In this document: positions 58,941-64,000 of the stretch, in pieces
How positions within the stretch are numbered: position 1 is the stretch's first letter
How the letters are laid out: each line of letters begins with the position of its first letter
Source of the DNA: an uncultured Verrucomicrobiae bacterium
Lineage (GTDB): Bacteria > Verrucomicrobiota > Verrucomicrobiia > Chthoniobacterales > UBA10450
NCBI GenBank assembly: GCA_963803285.1
Contig: CAWDMG010000006.1
Coordinates: 34,456 to 98,455 of the forward strand
Length of the DNA: 64,000 nucleotides
Direction of reading: 5' to 3'
Program-made: the position numbers and the translations under genes
Notes under the pieces: model-generated
What the model saw: the letters and a program-made list of their open reading frames with translations, nothing else
Told to the model about the DNA's origin: nothing
Databases searched by the model: none

Positions 58941-60491
58941 ATGAGCAAGAAAAAAGCGATCTCCGCCGGGTTGCTAGCCGGATTCGTGGCTGCTGTCGTG
59001 ATGACGGCAGTGATGTTGTTGCTCGCTGCGCTCGGCGTGGCCACACCGCTCTTCATCATCGGGGATCGCCTTTCGGTCTTCATTCCGCCGGGGCCGTTTC
59101 TTTCGATCATGGGCAAGGTCGGAGGTTACAATCATCTAAAGCAACTTGGTGTTGGATCGACTATTGCCGGCCAACTTCTTGTCGGCGCGATCGGTGGAGC
59201 AATTTTCGCATTGTTCGTGCGGCGTAATCCGGCGCGTATTCCGGCGATTTGGACGATTTCGATATTTGTCCTGCTGCCGATCATTGTATTTGCGATCGCA
59301 CTTTGGCCGGTGCTCGGCACAAGCTATATCGGTCTGCCGATTCAGGTTGCGCGGCTGGTCACACTCGTCGGTTTCGTGTTGTGCGTGTTTCTCTTCGAAC
59401 GAACGCTGGTAACAGGCTTCCGATTTCTGACCACGCAGAAAATAGGCAAGCAGAATTATGAGTTCACTCCAGCTATCGGACGCCGCGCATTCGTGCTAGG
59501 CACAATTGGTTTCGCGGCCACTGGTGGCGGAGTTGCGCTGGCCCGCAAACTCTATCGCGCCGCAACGTTCAGCTACGACGGCACGCAATATAAAGGCAGC
59601 ATCGTTAAGCCGATTACGCCTAACGACTTGTTCTACTGTGTCACCAAGAACGTCATCGATCCCAAGGTGAACGTCGACCTGTGGCATCTGGAAATTGGCG
59701 GGCTGGTGCAGAACCCCGCAACCTGGCGATTCCAGGACCTCGTAGGATTCAAGCCAACCACGCAGGAAACAACTCTCATGTGCATCAGTAACGGCTTGGA
59801 CGCGGGCCTGATTAGCAATGCCGTTTGGAAAGGTCTTCCGCTGCGCGATTTACTCGATCAGGCCGGCGTACTGTCCGACGCCGCGCGCGTACGCCTGCAA
59901 GGCGTCGACAATTATACCGATACGGTTCCGCTGGAGAAAGCGATGGAACCAACAACGCTGCTCGCTTACGAAATGAACGGCGCGCCCCTGCCGGATCGCC
60001 ACGGTTATCCCTTGCGCGTGATCGTCCCCGGCTACTTCGGTGAAAAAAATGTGAAATGGGTCACTCGAATTGAGGTGACCGACGCGAACGCGAAAGGATT
60101 CTACGAGGCACAAGGATGGGGGCCCAATTTCATTGTGCCCACACGATCGAGAATCGATGTGCCCGACGATTGGGCGTTTGTGTCGTTAGGTAAACTGACT
60201 GCTCCTATCGAAGTGAAAGGCATCGCCTTCGGCGGCGACCGCGGCATCTCCCGCGTCGAGCTCAGTTTCGATGATGGCCAGACCTGGAGTGACGCGGAGA
60301 TTTATTACTCCGGCGGCAATCTGGCATGGTCACTCTGGAAAGCGCCGTGGACTCCCGCCGCAGCTGGTGATTACGCGCTTCTCGTTCGTGCCACGGATGG
60401 CGAAGGCGACGTGCAAGAATGGGAAGAAGATCGCGGCCCGTTCTCCGGCGTGAGCGGGCTTCACAGGATCAACGTGCGCGCGACGGCATAG
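58941..60491 (+). CDS. molybdopterin-dependent oxidoreductase (sulfite oxidase family) fused to an N-terminal multi-TM domain
   Basis: TLMCISNGL (Mo-ligand Cys region), HGYPLRVIVPGYFGEKNVKW, and a C-terminal Ig-like dimerisation domain. Confidence 0.8.
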   Translation: MSKKKAISAGLLAGFVAAVVMTAVMLLLAALGVATPLFIIGDRLSVFIPPGPFLSIMGKVGGYNHLKQLGVGSTIAGQLLVGAIGGAIFALFVRRNPARIPAIWTISIFVLLPIIVFAIALWPVLGTSYIGLPIQVARLVTLVGFVLCVFLFERTLVTGFRFLTTQKIGKQNYEFTPAIGRRAFVLGTIGFAATGGGVALARKLYRAATFSYDGTQYKGSIVKPITPNDLFYCVTKNVIDPKVNVDLWHLEIGGLVQNPATWRFQDLVGFKPTTQETTLMCISNGLDAGLISNAVWKGLPLRDLLDQAGVLSDAARVRLQGVDNYTDTVPLEKAMEPTTLLAYEMNGAPLPDRHGYPLRVIVPGYFGEKNVKWVTRIEVTDANAKGFYEAQGWGPNFIVPTRSRIDVPDDWAFVSLGKLTAPIEVKGIAFGGDRGISRVELSFDDGQTWSDAEIYYSGGNLAWSLWKAPWTPAAAGDYALLVRATDGEGDVQEWEEDRGPFSGVSGLHRINVRATA

Positions 60492-60630
60492 CACAGGCAT
60501 CCTTGTCTGTGAGGCCAGCAGGCATCTCGCCTGTTGGTTCATCATACGCAGCCAAGATGGCCGCGTGCCCCACAGACAAGATGTCTGTGCTACGATTTCT
60601 GCAACTTGCGCGGTGTGCTAAGTTTTATCG

Positions 60631-61560
60631 ATGGAGAAAGTTATCATTGTTGGCAGCGGTTGCGCCGGGCTGACTGCCGCGATTTACGCTGCGCGGGCGA
60701 ACCTCAGTCCGTTGGTGCTGGAAGGCCGGCAGCCTGGTGGGCAACTCTCTACGACAACGCTTGTAGAAAATTATCCAGGGTTTCCCGACGGAATCGATGG
60801 CCCCGAGCTGATTCTGAACATGCACAGACAGGCCGAGAAATTTGGCGCACGGTTTTCCTACGCCGAAGTGACCGATTTCGATCCAAGCAACAAGCATATC
60901 CGGATCAAAGCCGACGATGAATGGTTGGATACGCGGTCGCTCATCATCGCCAGCGGCGCCGCGGCCCGATATCTCGGACTAACCGGCGAAGAGAAATTGG
61001 TCGGCCATGGCTTGACATCCTGCGCGACTTGCGACGGCGCATTTTACAAAAACGTGCCGGTTTGCGTCGTGGGCGGCGGCGATTCCGCGGCAGAGGAATC
61101 AACGTTCGTCACCCGGTTTGCTTCAAAGGTTTATCTTATTCATCGCCGCGACAAGTTGCGAGCGTCGAAGATCATGCAGGACCGCGTGTTCGCGAACAAG
61201 AAGATCGAGCCGATCTGGGACACCGTGGTGACGCAATACGTCGCCGACGAAAAAGGTGAGATGCGCGCAGTGCGTTTGCGCAACCTGAAGACAAATGACG
61301 AACGCGAACTGGACGTGGCGTGCGTTTTCGTCGCGATAGGACATGACCCCAACACGAAGGCATATCGAGGCAAACTCGACATGGATTCTGAGGGCTATCT
61401 ACTCCCGGAAAACGGCGTCGAAAGTAAAGTTCCCGGCGTTTTCATCGCCGGCGATGTGGCGGACCGCGTTTATAAGCAGGCAGTTACAGCTGCGGGAATG
61501 GGTTGCGCTGCGGCACTGCAGGCGGAGAAGTATTTGAGCGAGATGCAGTCGCATGATTGA
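60631..61560 (+). CDS. trxB: thioredoxin-disulfide reductase
   Basis: GSGCAGLTAAIYAAR, the redox-active CATCDG, and GGGDSAAEE. Confidence 0.95.
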   Translation: MEKVIIVGSGCAGLTAAIYAARANLSPLVLEGRQPGGQLSTTTLVENYPGFPDGIDGPELILNMHRQAEKFGARFSYAEVTDFDPSNKHIRIKADDEWLDTRSLIIASGAAARYLGLTGEEKLVGHGLTSCATCDGAFYKNVPVCVVGGGDSAAEESTFVTRFASKVYLIHRRDKLRASKIMQDRVFANKKIEPIWDTVVTQYVADEKGEMRAVRLRNLKTNDERELDVACVFVAIGHDPNTKAYRGKLDMDSEGYLLPENGVESKVPGVFIAGDVADRVYKQAVTAAGMGCAAALQAEKYLSEMQSHD

Positions 61561-61583
61561 TCTTGCAAAGGGCGCGCTCCTGT

Positions 61584-61678
61584 TGTCATCCTGAGCGGAG
61601 TCGAAGGATCCCGTGGCGGTACCTGTTAGGTTGTTCCGCGAGATTCCTCGACTCCGCTGCGCTTCGCTCGGAATGACA
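61584..61678. mobile_element. MITE-like family A, short form (copy 5)
   Basis: TGTCATCCTGAGCGGAGTCGAAGGATCCCG ... GAGATTCCTCGACTCCGCTGCGCTTCGCTCGGAATGACA. Confidence 0.8.
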
Positions 61679-61686
61679 AACCACCG

Positions 61687-62862
61687 ATGAAGATCTGCGA
61701 CCTCACTCAGTTCTATTCACCGGTAAGCGGGGGCGTGAAACGATATCTTCACGAGAAGATCGGTTACATCGACCGGCACGCGCACCGGAACGAACATGTT
61801 CTTATTGTTCCTGGCGCAAAGACGAAGCTGAAGGCAAACGGCCGCTCGCGCGTTTACACGATTCGTTCTCCTATTGTGTCGCGGACGGCGCAATACCGTG
61901 CGCTGCTAAATCTTCGCGCAGTGGAAGAAATTTTGGACCGGGAACGGCCGGATGTGATCGAGTCCGCCGATCCCTATCAGCTCGGCTGGAAAGCATTGAA
62001 GGTCGGGCGCGCGCTGCGCGTACCCGTGGTCGGATTTTATCACTCGCATTTTCCAGAAGCGTACGTGCGGAAGAGCGCAATGCTCCTCGGGAAAAGGGCG
62101 ACACATCGCGTGATGAAGCTTTCCCGCGCATACGTTCGCAAACTATACAATCAGCACGCTGCCACTGTGGTCGCATCAGACATGCTGGGCCGCGTGCTGC
62201 GTGACTGGGGCGTACACAACGTGCGTGTGCTGAGTCTTGGCGTTAACACGGAAATCTTCCGTCCTGACGGATCCGGAACCGAAGCAATACGGCGCTCGCT
62301 TGGCGTTAGTTCAGGTCAAAAGCTCCTTCTTTACGTAGGCCGGCTAGCGAAAGAGAAGAACACCGCGACTTTACTTCGCGCTTTCAAGGCGCTGCAAAGA
62401 CGCCGGCCGAATGAATTTCATTTGCTCGTGATCGGCGATGGAACCGACCGAACGCAACTCCGGAAACTGCAATTGCGAACTGACAATCTTTCATGGATTC
62501 GCTACTGCGCCGATCCACGCGAGCTGGCCGGCTTTTATCGCGCAGCCGATCTTTTCGTGCATCCTGGCGTTCAGGAAACGTTCGGCCTTGTAGCCTTGGA
62601 ATGCCAGGCGTGCGGGACGCCCGTAGTCGGAATTCGCGGCAGCTATATGGACAATGTGATTTGCCATGATCAGGAATCATGGGCGGTCGAGAACAGCGCC
62701 GAAGCACTGGTGAACGCGATCGAGGACTGCAGCGACAGGAAATTATCGGTTATGGGCAGGAACGCTGCACGCGTTGCGCGGCGTCTGTACAGCTGGCCGC
62801 GGGTGTTTGACGAACTGTTTTGCATTTATCGCGAGCTTCGCTCAGAATACCGCCGATTTTAA
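61687..62862 (+). CDS. family 4 (GT-B) glycosyltransferase
   Basis: LLYVGRLAKEKN and the ETFGLVALECQACGTPVVG (EX7E region). Confidence 0.85.
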   Translation: MKICDLTQFYSPVSGGVKRYLHEKIGYIDRHAHRNEHVLIVPGAKTKLKANGRSRVYTIRSPIVSRTAQYRALLNLRAVEEILDRERPDVIESADPYQLGWKALKVGRALRVPVVGFYHSHFPEAYVRKSAMLLGKRATHRVMKLSRAYVRKLYNQHAATVVASDMLGRVLRDWGVHNVRVLSLGVNTEIFRPDGSGTEAIRRSLGVSSGQKLLLYVGRLAKEKNTATLLRAFKALQRRRPNEFHLLVIGDGTDRTQLRKLQLRTDNLSWIRYCADPRELAGFYRAADLFVHPGVQETFGLVALECQACGTPVVGIRGSYMDNVICHDQESWAVENSAEALVNAIEDCSDRKLSVMGRNAARVARRLYSWPRVFDELFCIYRELRSEYRRF

Positions 62863-63507
62863 ATGCTGAACGATGACCACCAGCCGTTCCTCATCCGTGG
62901 CTATCGCAGATCAGATCGCGAGACGGTAAGAAAACTCTGCTGCGATACGGGATTCCTCGGTGAGCCGATCGATCCGGTTTACGCGGATCGTGAATTATTC
63001 GCCGATTTTCTCACGACTTACTACACCGATCACGAACCGGAATCCTGTTTTCTCCTGGAAGTGGACGGCGAAATCTCCGGCTACCTGCTCGGCTCGCGCA
63101 AGCCCCTTCAAAACCAACTCTATGCGCTTTATCAAAACGTCTGGTTATTTTTCCGGGCGCTGACCCGTTATTTCCGGTACAACCAACGGTCGCGTCGTTT
63201 CATTCGGTGGTTGTTGATGTACGGCTGGCGCGAAGTTCCCGCCCTGCCACGCCGCGTACCGCATTTTCATATCAATCTGCTGCCGGAGGCGCGAAAAGTT
63301 TCGACCACGCGCGCTCTGATGAGTGCGTATCTGAGTTACCTGTATCGGTCCGGCGAGAAACGCGTCTGTGGCCAGATAGTTACATTCGAGAGCCGCCGCG
63401 GCGAAAAAATGTTCGAACGTTACGGCTTCAAGGTTTTGAACCGGGCAGAGATCACCAAATACAAAGCTTTTTATCCCGAATCGGTCTACCTCAGGTACCG
63501 TCATTAA
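62863..63507 (+). CDS. GNAT family N-acetyltransferase-like protein
   Basis: 214 aa. IRGYRRSDRETVRKLC, EVDGEISGYLLG, and a C-terminal EKMFERYGFKV. The start abuts the upstream stop. Confidence 0.6.
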   Translation: MLNDDHQPFLIRGYRRSDRETVRKLCCDTGFLGEPIDPVYADRELFADFLTTYYTDHEPESCFLLEVDGEISGYLLGSRKPLQNQLYALYQNVWLFFRALTRYFRYNQRSRRFIRWLLMYGWREVPALPRRVPHFHINLLPEARKVSTTRALMSAYLSYLYRSGEKRVCGQIVTFESRRGEKMFERYGFKVLNRAEITKYKAFYPESVYLRYRH

Positions 63508-63705
63508 GAACCTGGAGACCGCCGACCCGCTTTCCGCCTACTCACGGGCACCCGAATAACGCGAAATTTCGGGAGCAATGGATCCGGTGTGCAGCGCCGG
63601 TTCGACAGTTGAGCGAAAATTCTTCCATTCCCGGGAAGCGCTTGGCACAATCGAACCCTGCGAACTACGCTGGCGTTCGCGAGGCGCCGGTTTGGAAGGA
63701 AGCCG

Positions 63706-64000
63706 ATGCAAATGCAATTGTGGAGTGCTGCGTTGTTGATTGCGGACGTTGTAAAAGTCTTCAACCCGCAATCGCCGCAAGCGCGCGCGATTTTCGATCT
63801 GACCATCGTCGTCATTGCCGTGATGGTGGTCATCTTTGCGATCGTCGCTGGCATCGTCACGTATGCATTGTTGCGTTTCCCTCGATGGCGGGAAGGCGAA
63901 CGCGATCCGGAGCAGGGCGCAGGCAACAAGACCATCGAGATTGTGTGGACCGCGATCCCGCTTTTGATCGTTACCATTTTGTTCGTCCTCGCGGCGCGCA
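63706..64000 (+). CDS. coxB: cytochrome c oxidase subunit II, N-terminal part (runs off the window)
   Basis: My own translation from the ATG at 63706 gives ...NPQSPQARAIFDLTIVVIAVMVVIFAIVAGIVTYALLRF...GNKTIEIVWTAIPLLIVTILF. This is the typical two-TM N-terminus of subunit II. The ORF is not in the supplied track because it has no stop inside the window. Confidence 0.65.
   Translation, partial: MQMQLWSAALLIADVVKVFNPQSPQARAIFDLTIVVIAVMVVIFAIVAGIVTYALLRFPRWREGERDPEQGAGNKTIEIVWTAIPLLIVTILFVLAAR

Noticed and set aside
63504-63977. 157-aa minus-strand ORF at the window end
   Set aside because: The opposite strand from the ATG at 63706 encodes a typical cytochrome oxidase subunit II N-terminus. 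The minus-strand product is low-complexity and Arg-rich.

Overview
This 64-kb chromosomal window comes from a fairly GC-rich Gram-negative bacterium. Gene content and repeat style suggest a PVC/Verrucomicrobiota-like soil lineage, but that is inference only and no database search was run.

Most of the window is housekeeping:
- Core functions: rpsO, tRNA-Gln(TTG), sufC-sufB-sufD, an exbB-exbD-tonB cluster, lgt, uvrA, GTP-type PEP carboxykinase, gmhA, tRNA-Val(GAC), class II fumarase, PolX, priA, trxB, and the start of a cytochrome oxidase subunit II gene.
- Envelope and sugar genes: GT2, GT4, GT9, GT39, an SDR epimerase and a lytic transglycosylase.
- Two very large secreted proteins.

Features not explained by ordinary annotation:
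1. Very dense small repeats.
 - At least six families of GTAG-headed palindromes (REP/REPIN-like).
 - A GGGGAGCGC-terminated palindromic family.
 - A ~95-140 bp MITE-like family (TGTCATCCTGAGCGAAGC...GCTCGGAATGACA).
 - A multiply frameshifted relic of an IS200/RAYT-type HUH transposase gene.
2. These elements sit exactly on stop codons of five genes. They are inserted in frame inside uvrA, polX and a uvrA paralog.
3. The uvrA paralog next to uvrA is broken into four ORFs. Two of the three breaks are closed exactly by excising small elements bounded by terminal inverted repeats.
4. Nine single-base frame breaks occur in otherwise conserved genes (fumC, pckG, gmhA, tonB and others). This pattern suggests assembly indels at least as much as biology.
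5. A signal-peptide tail-fibre-like gene with a peptidase S74 chaperone domain lies between two copies of a tonB C-terminal segment.
6. A split, order-reversed version of the cyanobacterial ArgZ/AgrE enzyme (arginine dihydrolase plus ornithine cyclodeaminase) is present.

Start codons are uncertain throughout. All family calls rest on motifs read by eye.
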